A stretch of DNA of 50,666 bases, taken from positions 1 to 50,666 of the forward strand of contig CAIXSY010000232.1 in the NCBI GenBank assembly GCA_903922175.1, read 5' to 3'. Source of the stretch: an uncultured delta proteobacterium. Lineage in GTDB: Bacteria; Bdellovibrionota_C; UBA2361; CAIXSY01. The stretch's first letter is position 1, and each line of letters starts with the position of its first letter. The translations under genes were made by a program, and so were the position numbers. Under the pieces are notes generated by a model. The model ran no database searches and was not told the origin of the DNA. It saw only the letters and a list, made by a program, of their open reading frames with translations. Of this stretch, positions 42,355 through 50,535 are shown one piece after another.

Positions 42355-45087
42355 ATGAGCATTAACCGACTGACACGCGAACGGCTGTACCAGGATGAGG
42401 CGTTATTCAACAGCCTTCTTCCGTATGCCAAGTACGACGAGAACTACCAGCTCTTCGTACATTCAGACGCTTCGCTCTGGTCGGTTTGGGAGCTCACCCC
42501 ACTCGTGATCACGAAAGCCTCCGATACCGAGGCCTTCGAGGTGTGCGAAAACGTTCAGGAGCTGATCGATGCCATGGATCAGACGGTGAGCGTGCAGATC
42601 TCTTGGATTACCACCTTTGACACCGAAGAGCTTTTGCGTGACTCGCTTAATGGCTATCCGCGCAAGGGCCCGGCGGGATGGATGGCGCAGCGCTGGATTC
42701 GTATGATGCGCGGATCCTCGCAAGCGGGTAGCTACCACCGTCGACCGCGCAAGATGCGGCTCCTTATAGCCTTCCGCCAAGACCCGAAGTGGATGGGGTC
42801 GGGCATCTTCGACCAGATTGAGCGCGCCTTCCGCATGCTCATAAAGGGCGAAGTTGGCGTTACCGCCTCCATGCGCCGCACGGAATACAACCAGTTCGCC
42901 AGTAAGTTCAAAGTCGAAGTCGACGGCAAAGCCAACCGCCTAACCGACATCGGGCTGCGCGCCCGCCGCCTCAACGCTCAAGATTTAATCAATATCCTCT
43001 ATCCGCTCCTCAACCGCCGCAGCTCTCGTCCCGGCAAATTCCGTCATGGACGCACGGCACAGATACCGGTTCCGGTGTATGATCCTGAGGATCTGCTCTC
43101 CAATCAGATATCCGAGACCCTGGTTGAACATCCGAAGAACGGTTTAATCAAAAAGGATGGGCGTGTGTACCGCTCCCTCTCCCTGGTTAAGCCTCCGAAA
43201 CAGTGCCTTCCACTGATGATCACCCCGCTACAGTCGATGGCATACGAGAACATCCTCAGCGTGACCTTTTCACGTGATCCGCTCGAAGCACAGCTCAAAC
43301 GCCTGGACCGCCTCGACAGCATGTTGGGCATGCGCGAGCGCACCAACCTGGGTCGCTCAAACCAAAAGATTCAGCACCAGATCGGATCAATTCGCTCAGC
43401 GCGTCAGGACCTCTATGACGGCTCAGCTCAGATCGTCCGCGCCGGGTTACATCAGACGTTCATCTGCCAAACCGAGGACGAGGCCATTCGTGCCACCTCA
43501 GAAGCACTCTCCACCCTGGCCCAAATAAATGGAGCCCGTGGCATGGTCCATGAGATCTCGGATCTGGGAATGATGCTCAATTCCCTTCCGGCGGCCTACG
43601 ATCCCTCCACCGATGGCGCGGGATGGACCACCGTTCTCATGTCCTCCCGAGCGGTACGCCTGTTTCCACTTTGGGGCAACTGGAAAGGGAGTCAAAATTC
43701 ACTTTTCATCCTACCCAGCCTATGGAACCGTGAGCTTATTGGCTTCGATCTCTACGACTCCAGCGTGGCACCAAATATGCTGATCAGCGGGGTGTCTGGT
43801 GCCGGAAAGAGCTATCTCTTGTGCTATATACTGATCACCATGCAACGCGGCCATTTCGCAACATTGTCGGACGGAGCTGTGGTTGAGCGCGCCCCAATTA
43901 CCTTCGTCTTTGACAAGGGTATGGCCGGCCAGCCGTGCGGCTTCGAGAAGGTGGCCAAACTCTTTGGTGGACGGATCTATGAAGCCACCCCGTCGAAAGC
44001 ACCAGCGATGAACTTCCTCGCCCGCCTAGGCGAGACCCCAGCCGATATCAAGAACGAGGATTACAAAGATCTTCTCGACATGTGCGCCGACATTCTGATC
44101 GACATGGCTTCTGAGGGAGCGAACACACTCGAGCGCCTCGATCGCGCCGCCGTTATTGAGGCCCTCGTTGAAGCCCATCGCGTCTATCGTGGTGGCCAGA
44201 TGCGCAGGGAGATAATCTTAAGCGATATCATATCAGTAATGCGCGCGCCTAAGCGGGTTGAAGAGACCGAAGATTCGGCCATGCGCCGCCAGCGACTCGC
44301 CATCCTGATGGGTGACTACTACGGTGAGGGTACCTATGCGCGCTTCTTTGATCGACCCGGCTCACTGAAGCTCAAGGAACGTTTTATTGTATTCGATTTG
44401 AAGGCCCTCAGCCGAAACCCCGACCTACAACGGGTCTTTCTCAAGGTGGCCATGCTCTGGGCTGACACCGTCATGAACGATCCCAAGGAGCTCGATGCCC
44501 GCAAAATTCTAGTTTTTGACGAGGCCCATGACTTGATCGGCAAAACTGCTGCCGGAACTATTGAAACCGCCTTCCGACTCTATCGAAAGAGAAAGGGTAT
44601 CGTCATCGCCGCTTCGCAATCAGGTGAAGATTTTTACGTCGGCGGTGGTGGGCAAGCCATTGTGCAGAACAGCGCGCATAAGGTTTTCTTGCGCCAAGAT
44701 CCGAGCAAGTTCCATTATACGGCACAGGCATTTAACTTAACCGCGCAGCAATCGAATGTGATCCTAAAATTGCGTACGGTTAAGGGGGTAGAGTCACAGT
44801 TCTACCTGATTTCAGACATAGGAGAGGCGGCCCTGTGTCTCCCATTGGAACCAGCATTCTACTGGGCAAGTACAAATAACGGAGATGACAATCAGCTTTT
44901 TAGCGACATTCTGCTTAAAGCGGGCGGAGATTTCTTCAAAGCATTCGAGGCAATAGTCAAGATTGCTCCAGGCGGAGCTAATTCCGTACGCCGCCATGCC
45001 GAAGGCGAGCAGAAGGAAGAGGAAAAAGACGTCGTTACTCAACTTGTTTCAGGATTAATGGATAATGCGCTTAACAGTCCAACTTAA
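42355..45087 (+). CDS. VirB4/TraC-family T4SS ATPase
   Basis: The roughly 910-aa product has Walker A GVSGAGKSY and Walker B KILVFDEAHD. The N-terminal pattern (LY....F..LLPY..Y.....LF...D.SLWSVWEL.P) is typical of TraC/VirB4-type proteins. I prefer the ATG at 42355 over the TTG at 42334. Confidence 0.75.
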   Translation: MSINRLTRERLYQDEALFNSLLPYAKYDENYQLFVHSDASLWSVWELTPLVITKASDTEAFEVCENVQELIDAMDQTVSVQISWITTFDTEELLRDSLNGYPRKGPAGWMAQRWIRMMRGSSQAGSYHRRPRKMRLLIAFRQDPKWMGSGIFDQIERAFRMLIKGEVGVTASMRRTEYNQFASKFKVEVDGKANRLTDIGLRARRLNAQDLINILYPLLNRRSSRPGKFRHGRTAQIPVPVYDPEDLLSNQISETLVEHPKNGLIKKDGRVYRSLSLVKPPKQCLPLMITPLQSMAYENILSVTFSRDPLEAQLKRLDRLDSMLGMRERTNLGRSNQKIQHQIGSIRSARQDLYDGSAQIVRAGLHQTFICQTEDEAIRATSEALSTLAQINGARGMVHEISDLGMMLNSLPAAYDPSTDGAGWTTVLMSSRAVRLFPLWGNWKGSQNSLFILPSLWNRELIGFDLYDSSVAPNMLISGVSGAGKSYLLCYILITMQRGHFATLSDGAVVERAPITFVFDKGMAGQPCGFEKVAKLFGGRIYEATPSKAPAMNFLARLGETPADIKNEDYKDLLDMCADILIDMASEGANTLERLDRAAVIEALVEAHRVYRGGQMRREIILSDIISVMRAPKRVEETEDSAMRRQRLAILMGDYYGEGTYARFFDRPGSLKLKERFIVFDLKALSRNPDLQRVFLKVAMLWADTVMNDPKELDARKILVFDEAHDLIGKTAAGTIETAFRLYRKRKGIVIAASQSGEDFYVGGGGQAIVQNSAHKVFLRQDPSKFHYTAQAFNLTAQQSNVILKLRTVKGVESQFYLISDIGEAALCLPLEPAFYWASTNNGDDNQLFSDILLKAGGDFFKAFEAIVKIAPGGANSVRRHAEGEQKEEEKDVVTQLVSGLMDNALNSPT

Positions 45088-45101
45088 GATGAGGTATACT
45101 T

Positions 45102-45389
45102 ATGGCGTCTAAAAGCTTAGTTTTTATAACATCAGCACTGCTGCTAACTGTTCTTGCGGGATGCTCAAGCCAATCAAGCGGAGGGGCGGTGTCTTCTAAT
45201 GTGGTGGCGTGTCCCGGGTGCCCAGCCGTTCCACCGGGAACGGTGCAGTATGTGTGGGAGGAGCCGATGGTTGATGTCGTGGACGTTCCGCCTGGCCTCG
45301 ACCCAGATGGTATTTATTATCGTCCGGCTCATCAGGAAGTAACGGAGATACGCCAGGGACGCTGGAGATACTATAACAAGAACCGCTAG
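45102..45389 (+). CDS. small lipoprotein with a second TraV-like C-terminal motif
   Basis: Lipobox VLAGCSS. VDVPPGLDPDGIYYRPAHQEVTEIRQGRW resembles the motif in the 41237 product. Confidence 0.55.
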   Translation: MASKSLVFITSALLLTVLAGCSSQSSGGAVSSNVVACPGCPAVPPGTVQYVWEEPMVDVVDVPPGLDPDGIYYRPAHQEVTEIRQGRWRYYNKNR

Positions 45390-45411
45390 TGTTTTGATCG
45401 GAGGGTACCGT

Positions 45412-45786
45412 ATGAGCCTTATCAATGTGCAAAATTTTGTCGCGCCTCTTAAGAACACGACACACGTGATTACGTTGATTCTTGTCGCTGGCCTATTCGG
45501 CTCATATCGCTATGCCGGTGGCGCGATTTCATCGTCACCAAGAGTGAAGAGCTCGGCACCAGCCTCGGTGCGCCAGCCCATTGAGGATGAGCTGACAGGC
45601 GAGGATACAGCTGCGCCAGCGCAACCTCAGGCACGACCGGTCGCACAACCGGCCACCCCCGATACACGTAAAAAACTACTTGATGAGATGATGGGAAAAG
45701 ACAGCTCCAAAAAGGATCCTGCTGGCGGCAAGGAGGGGCTCAACAATACTTTGGCTGACATTGAAAAACAGCTAGGGCTTAGGTAG
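45412..45786 (+). CDS. bitopic membrane protein with Pro/Ala-rich periplasmic tail
   Basis: A GGAGGG RBS precedes the ATG at 45412 (the track start at 45394 is TTG). One TM helix (VITLILVAGLFGSY) is followed by low-complexity sequence. Confidence 0.5.
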   Translation: MSLINVQNFVAPLKNTTHVITLILVAGLFGSYRYAGGAISSSPRVKSSAPASVRQPIEDELTGEDTAAPAQPQARPVAQPATPDTRKKLLDEMMGKDSSKKDPAGGKEGLNNTLADIEKQLGLR

Positions 45787-45790
45787 GCGC

Positions 45791-46414
45791 ATGGTAAAGG
45801 AAAAAGTTATCATACGAAAAGTGTGGCGTTCGGAGCTTCCGCGGCTGGTATTGTTCGTGGTGCTTCTCGTGGTCGCTCCGGTGTTATCAAACATCTTCGG
45901 GGGAAGCGTCATCACGGGGGAACTCTTCTCCCTCCTGGGGGTTACCTATTATCTTTCCCTGCCTCTGTGGTGGCTTGTTCCAGCATTTATGCTACTTGAA
46001 GTGGCTTGGCGTATTTATAATGTGCGCTATGTTGTCGATGAACTTGGAATTGAATCGTGGGATGGAATTCTCTCTCTAAAGCAGCAGATAACACACGTGC
46101 GCCACGAAGATGTGCGCAGTATTGAAACCGATCAAAGTGTACTCGAACGCATCCTCGATGTTGGGGAGGTGCAGATCGCAACCGCTGCCACCGGTGGAGT
46201 GGAAATTACTTTCCAGGGGGTGCCGAGTCCAAAGAAGATGCAGAACTGGCTACAGGCCAAGCGTGACAAGGTACAGAAGCATGACAACCAAGGATCACGT
46301 AAGCGAGCCCTTGCGGGAAGCTCCTCGGCCGCATCGAGTGGAGTAAATGATGTGACTGCTTCGGGCGATACGGCGACCCAGCGTTCGTCGGCCTCATCCA
46401 GTGGAACGATATAA
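45791..46414 (+). CDS. membrane protein with bacterial PH (bPH_2, YdbS/YdbT-like) domain
   Basis: An N-terminal TM hairpin is followed by the bPH_2-like pattern (Y.V....I....G.LS....I....V.S.E..QS..ERIL.VG.V.I). The C-terminal tail is Ser-rich. Confidence 0.6.
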   Translation: MVKEKVIIRKVWRSELPRLVLFVVLLVVAPVLSNIFGGSVITGELFSLLGVTYYLSLPLWWLVPAFMLLEVAWRIYNVRYVVDELGIESWDGILSLKQQITHVRHEDVRSIETDQSVLERILDVGEVQIATAATGGVEITFQGVPSPKKMQNWLQAKRDKVQKHDNQGSRKRALAGSSSAASSGVNDVTASGDTATQRSSASSSGTI

Positions 46415-46417
46415 GTT

Positions 46418-47686
46418 GTGGAGATGTTTATGGAACAGAATCGGTTGTACAGGTCAAGTTCTCTAACAATCAAAATCGTGCTCATGACAGCGCTGGCGCC
46501 CGTAGTCTTCATGCTTGGTGCCTCATCACTCCTCGCTGAAAACGGCGTCGATGTAGAGGCAATCCGCAAAGACCTGCTGGCCGCCAAGGCATCAGGCAGT
46601 GCGGGAGGATCTCTCAGCACGCGATCGGGAGACGCCTTTAGTCTGAAGCCCGAAGATCTTGAGAAACGGCGTGCGGCACTGCTTGCCGAGGAGAACGCGC
46701 TCCTTAGCGAACTACAAAATGCTCCGGACACCAGCATGGAAACCGTTGAGCCCCCTGTGGCGACTGAAGAGGCTACGGCGGATCGGGCACTTGCCAACAA
46801 TAGCGAGATTACCTCGTTTGGGGCAGATCCTGCCTCTAAGGTAGCTCTGCCAGGAGACGACAGTTCCGCTGATGAACATGCCACAGAGGATGGTTCAACT
46901 GCGGAGGCTAATACCCTGCCAGAGGCTGCGCCGAAGGCAGAGCTCGCCTCAGCATCCGCCGACACCAAACATACTAAGAAGGTAAAGGTCGCGACAAAAA
47001 AGTCGGATCCTGACGCCAGTTCCGAGACTAAGGCTGATATTTCCCACGCCAGTCTTCGCGCGTCAGACCTCGAAAAGATGAAGGCAGTAGCAAGCTCAAT
47101 CGAGTCAACAATAACCAACCTGCAAAAAAGCAATACCGCGTTGGAAGCTCAGCTGAGAAGCGTGCGCATTCACTCAGCGGATCTACAAAAAGAGTTTGAG
47201 GAAACCAGAGATAGGCTAATGATTGCCGACGCCGAAGTAGAGCGATTGTCGGGGCAACTTAAGGCGCGCAATCAGCAGACCCTTACTCAAATGGCTGGAC
47301 CAATTGCCGTAGCTGACAGGACAGCGACTGCTCAGAGTGCGGCCCCCGTAGCCATGCGAGTCGTCAAGAAAACCGAAACAAGGGTGGCTGAAGACGTGCT
47401 GATAGGCACGGTAGTCGCCGATAAAGCAAATCTAAGAACTGGCGCAGGAAAAGACAATTCACCGTTTATGACCGTATCAAAGGGCACACGCTTGACTGTT
47501 GAGACTCGCGACGGCGACTGGTATCGTGTGATTGCACCGAATGGAACTCGCGCCTGGGTTTCATCGGAAGTGCTTGCCTTCGGGGAGAATAGTCAGGCCA
47601 GTCCGACCAATACCTTACGTATAAAGGGTTATGACGCAAGTCTCGAAGAGCAGGCGTTCAAGCTTATTAGCAACCGTCCTCACTAG
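46418..47686 (+). CDS. membrane-anchored or secreted coiled-coil protein with C-terminal SH3b domain
   Basis: N-terminal hydrophobic segment, an acidic low-complexity region, a coiled coil (about residues 230-290) and a C-terminal SH3_3-like module (ANLRTGAGKDNSPFMTVSKGTRLTVETRDGDWYRVIAPNGTRAWVSSEVL). The start codon is ambiguous (GTG 46418, ATG 46424 or ATG 46430). Confidence 0.65.
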   Translation: MEMFMEQNRLYRSSSLTIKIVLMTALAPVVFMLGASSLLAENGVDVEAIRKDLLAAKASGSAGGSLSTRSGDAFSLKPEDLEKRRAALLAEENALLSELQNAPDTSMETVEPPVATEEATADRALANNSEITSFGADPASKVALPGDDSSADEHATEDGSTAEANTLPEAAPKAELASASADTKHTKKVKVATKKSDPDASSETKADISHASLRASDLEKMKAVASSIESTITNLQKSNTALEAQLRSVRIHSADLQKEFEETRDRLMIADAEVERLSGQLKARNQQTLTQMAGPIAVADRTATAQSAAPVAMRVVKKTETRVAEDVLIGTVVADKANLRTGAGKDNSPFMTVSKGTRLTVETRDGDWYRVIAPNGTRAWVSSEVLAFGENSQASPTNTLRIKGYDASLEEQAFKLISNRPH

Positions 47687-48224
47687 TTTTATCGGTTGCT
47701 TGATAGGTTTTCCGTATCCGTTGGCGGCAGCACCGCAAAGCGGTATCGTGTTGCCGTACCCCACACCAAGCAAAACCTCCAATGCTTTGGGCATTGCCCG
47801 CGGTGCACTATCATCCTACGTACACCCCGTGCTTGCGCCACGAGTCTCCAGCCATTATGGGATGCGTCGCCACCCAGTTTTGAAGAAATTCTCGCGGCAG
47901 CATAATGGTCTCGATCTAGCCACCCCAGAAGGAGCGATGATTCGAGCCCTAAGCGCTGGGCTCGTCGTGTTCGCTGACCCATACGCTGGGTTTGGCAACC
48001 TCGTCGTCATTCAGCACAAGAATGGCGTCACGACTCATTACGGGCACTGCTCCGTCCTCAGGGTCAAACCCGGTCAGCGCGTTAACCCAGGCCAGATTAT
48101 CGCCACTGTGGGCAGTACCGGGCTCTCAACGGGGCCACATTTGCACCTTGAGGTTCGGGTCAACGGGGAGGCACTCGATCCGCTTGAGGTTATACCGTCA
48201 TTGGCGAGCGAGGCGGAGGGATGA
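47631..48224 (+). CDS. M23 family (LytM-type) peptidoglycan endopeptidase
   Basis: Signal peptide. HNGLDL (the HxxxD motif) and GPHLHLEV (the HxH motif) with the typical spacing (GNLVVIQHKNGVTTHYGH). Overlaps the preceding gene by 56 nt. Confidence 0.8.
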   Translation: MTQVSKSRRSSLLATVLTSFIGCLIGFPYPLAAAPQSGIVLPYPTPSKTSNALGIARGALSSYVHPVLAPRVSSHYGMRRHPVLKKFSRQHNGLDLATPEGAMIRALSAGLVVFADPYAGFGNLVVIQHKNGVTTHYGHCSVLRVKPGQRVNPGQIIATVGSTGLSTGPHLHLEVRVNGEALDPLEVIPSLASEAEG

Positions 48225-48290
48225 GAGCCGCGCTGGCGCGCGGCTCTGGCCCTCATAGAGGGTAGTCACTAGGTTTATCGGGAGGTTGAA

Positions 48291-48860
48291 ATGGAGAAGT
48301 GTAAAAATTCTATCTCTATGGCTGCTCTTCTTGTCGTGCTGATTTTATGCACTGCATGGCCCTACCTGAACCCAATGGATATAATTGATGAAAACCCCTG
48401 TCCCATCTCCATCCGTCCATGGGTCAGAAACGACACAGCTTTGATTTTCGTGATACCGTGGATATTGGCCGCACAGTATCTGCACTGGGTGTTCCTACCG
48501 ATACTACAGGACTTTATCTATTCGACAACCTCAAAGCGTCGGGTCCTGCCGATCCTTACTACTTTTCTTATACTTATCTGCATCTTATTTTTCGTGGTTG
48601 TTGGTGAAATTTTTCGCTTCCCCAATCTTCCAGAATGGCTAGACTGTTACGCCATAACGACAACGCCTTTACCCTTTCTTATTGTGTTTTTAGGCCCTCT
48701 CATGTTGCTCATTCTCCAGGGACTGGCTTTCAAGAATTGGCGTGGAAACTGCCTCAAAGAAAAGCTGGCGATAGCAGCTGCCTTAACTCTGTCGACGCTC
48801 GTACTCGGCGGGCTGCTCTCTGGGGGTGAATATATGGTTATTCTCGCCTCTCAGGGTTAG
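48291..48860 (+). CDS. hypothetical polytopic membrane protein
   Basis: The 189-aa product has about 5 TM helices and lies in AT-richer sequence. No motif recognised. Confidence 0.5.
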   Translation: MEKCKNSISMAALLVVLILCTAWPYLNPMDIIDENPCPISIRPWVRNDTALIFVIPWILAAQYLHWVFLPILQDFIYSTTSKRRVLPILTTFLILICILFFVVVGEIFRFPNLPEWLDCYAITTTPLPFLIVFLGPLMLLILQGLAFKNWRGNCLKEKLAIAAALTLSTLVLGGLLSGGEYMVILASQG

Positions 48861-48888
48861 TGAATCGCAAGCTTGGAGGGGGGAAGCG

Positions 48889-48908
48889 CTGGAGGGGGCC
48901 TACTCCAG
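48889..48908. repeat. REP-like hairpin carrying the 15-mer CTGGAGGGGGCCTAC
   Basis: CTGGAG-GGGGCCTA-CTCCAG forms a hairpin. Its first 15 nt are the exact reverse complement of the GTAGGCCCCCTCCAG copies at 50160, 50216 and 50261 on the other side of the Y1 transposase gene. Confidence 0.75.
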
Positions 48909-49107
48909 CCAACCCAAAACCAACCAGCTAGGGATGGACCAAAAAACCAGAGATAGAATGAATTGGAAAGCCGCTGGCGGAAAAAGAGCGCAGGGGAACG
49001 GAGACAGAGGTTCCCCCAAAACCTCCAGAGTACGAGGGATCGATATAGTACACCAAGCCACCAGCCCCAAACGACAGCAGTAGATACACTACTCCCCTAG
49101 AGCCCTA

Positions 49108-50088
49108 TTAAATTGGCTGAAAACACATTTGGGGGACCAAATTGGCAAGCTTGGGAAAGCTTGGAGGAAACATCCCCGGTGGATACTCGGCACTCCGGTC
49201 CCCCTTGCGCCATCTCCTATATGTTTCTCGAGCTTTTGCTCTCTCAGCCTTGACCCAATTAATAAAAGCTATTCGAAGGTCCTTATCATCACTAATGCAC
49301 CACTGCTTACGACCATACTTCTTTGGCGTATACTTAAGGTCAATTGGCTGCCTGCGAAGCTTCTCGGCTCCAAGACAAGGGAACTTGCGTTCCGCACGTA
49401 GCTTAGCTTCCTCTGCTCTTACCCCTCGAATAATCTCCTCCTTGATTTGAGGAATCTCGCCTTCGGGGATCCTAAAACACTTAAGCCACGCAAAGGGTGA
49501 GAGGGTAAATTCGTGAGAATCAGTACTCTTGTCTCGTAGCTGTTGACAAAGAGCTAAGTCGTCCTGCTCGCTTATGGCTTTTTTGGGCAGTTCTGTTACG
49601 AAAAAGCGCCTTATCCATGGGGCCGTAAATTTATGCTCTTCTTCCAAAAACATCTCCCAAGTCGAAAATCCGGGGTATTCATCGATGGTGTCGACTAGGT
49701 TAGCTGCCTGGGGGTTAGTGTAGAGGTAAACGAACTTAGCGATAGCGCATGAGCGGGTAATGATGGGCTCGGCGTCGTAGTCAGAGCACCAGACAGTTCG
49801 TTTGCGTCTGCCCAAAAGCTTGTTAACCGCGTGAGCTAATTCTGTTTTTACACAGTCCACGAAGCGTACGGTTGTTTCTGGGTCTTGGCTTACAAGGAGC
49901 AGGTGAAAGTGGTTTGCCATAAAGGCAACGCCGCAGACAACGACGTTAAACTGGGTTTGAGCCCTAGCGAGAACACTTTTAATAATAAGCGCCATGTAGA
50001 GAGTGCAGACGAAGGGTAAGCCTTCCTCAGTTCGGCTTGTGACGAAGGTGAGATATTCTGGTGGAAGAAATCGTGGTGGCGCTGGCAT
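49108..50088 (-). CDS. IS200/IS605-superfamily Y1 (HUH) transposase-like protein, RAYT-like
   Basis: HUH motif in MANHFHLLLV. The catalytic Tyr context FVYLYTNPQAANLV matches the Y..NP..A.LV signature of Y1 transposases and REP-associated tyrosine transposases. The 326-aa length includes a C-terminal extension. Confidence 0.7.
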   Translation of the reverse strand: MPAPPRFLPPEYLTFVTSRTEEGLPFVCTLYMALIIKSVLARAQTQFNVVVCGVAFMANHFHLLLVSQDPETTVRFVDCVKTELAHAVNKLLGRRKRTVWCSDYDAEPIITRSCAIAKFVYLYTNPQAANLVDTIDEYPGFSTWEMFLEEEHKFTAPWIRRFFVTELPKKAISEQDDLALCQQLRDKSTDSHEFTLSPFAWLKCFRIPEGEIPQIKEEIIRGVRAEEAKLRAERKFPCLGAEKLRRQPIDLKYTPKKYGRKQWCISDDKDLRIAFINWVKAERAKARETYRRWRKGDRSAEYPPGMFPPSFPKLANLVPQMCFQPI

Positions 50089-50159
50089 ATCATATGTTTC
50101 GCGCTTTTAATCGAAAAGTTTCCTATCTTCCTCGCTAACTTTGGAAAATGTCCCAAAAA

Positions 50160-50320
50160 GTAGGCCCCCTCCAGTAGTAGCTAGCTCCAGTAAGTAGCTA
50201 GTAGCCCAGTAGCAAGTAGGCCCCCTCCAGTAGTAGGTTAGGTAGAGTAGGTAGTAGGTAGTAGGCCCCCTCCAGTAGTAGGTTCTCCAGTAGTAGGTAG
50301 AGGCCCCCTCTAGTAGTAGG
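50160..50320. repeat. array of four copies of GTAGGCCCCCTCCAGTAGTAGG-type motif
   Basis: Copies lie at 50160-50180, 50216-50237 and 50261-50282, with a degenerate copy at 50298-50320. Spacers are built from related CCAGTAGTAG/GTAGGTAG sub-motifs. The array is immediately upstream of the Y1 transposase gene. Confidence 0.85.
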
Positions 50321-50512
50321 TTTAGTGGCACCAAATATAGATTAACTTGCGCGGGGAAGCTTTGTGCCCCGTTAGCAGGATTCAAGGCTTCGCATAGAGC
50401 CCCACAGCGCAGCCGTAGGGACTATCTATTTTGGTTGCGGCCGCTAGGCTGCGCTGTGTAACTCCGTGCGATCTCAGTGGATCTTCGTGTGAAACAATCA
50501 TTACGGTCAGCC

Positions 50513-50535
50513 CACACTTATTGAGCAATTACCAC
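50513..50535. repeat. partial fourth copy (right terminus) of the palindromic element family
   Basis: The reverse complement of CCCACACTTATTGAGCAATTACC is GGTAATTGCTCAATAAGTGTGGG. It closely matches the left end of copy 3 (TGCAACTGCTCATTAAGTGTGGA). I found no convincing partner arm. Confidence 0.4.

Noticed and set aside
32275-45087. Assigning the locus specifically to the Dot/Icm (type IVB) class
   Set aside because: Gene order and the T4CP-plus-membrane-partner pair are compatible with IVB. However, the TraK-like, TraV-like and TraB-like features and the protein sizes fit F/GI-type equally well or better. I cannot discriminate without profile searches, so I left the class open.
46132-47133. 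333-aa minus-strand ORF antisense to the coiled-coil/SH3b gene and the bPH_2 gene
   Set aside because: The translation is low-complexity and Ser/Ala/Arg-rich, typical of the antisense frame of a GC-rich coding region. It overlaps two well-supported plus-strand genes and has no motif of its own.
50160-50320. Possible CRISPR array (four copies of a 22-mer)
   Set aside because: The spacings are irregular (56, 45 and about 38 nt between repeat starts). The spacers are made of the same sub-motifs as the repeats. The repeat is short, and no cas genes are present in the window.
50107-50385. 92-aa ORF translating to repeated YYWRGPT units
   Set aside because: The peptide repeats simply mirror the GTAGGCCCCCTCCAGTAGTAGG DNA repeats upstream of the Y1 transposase gene. 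I interpret this as a non-coding repeat array.
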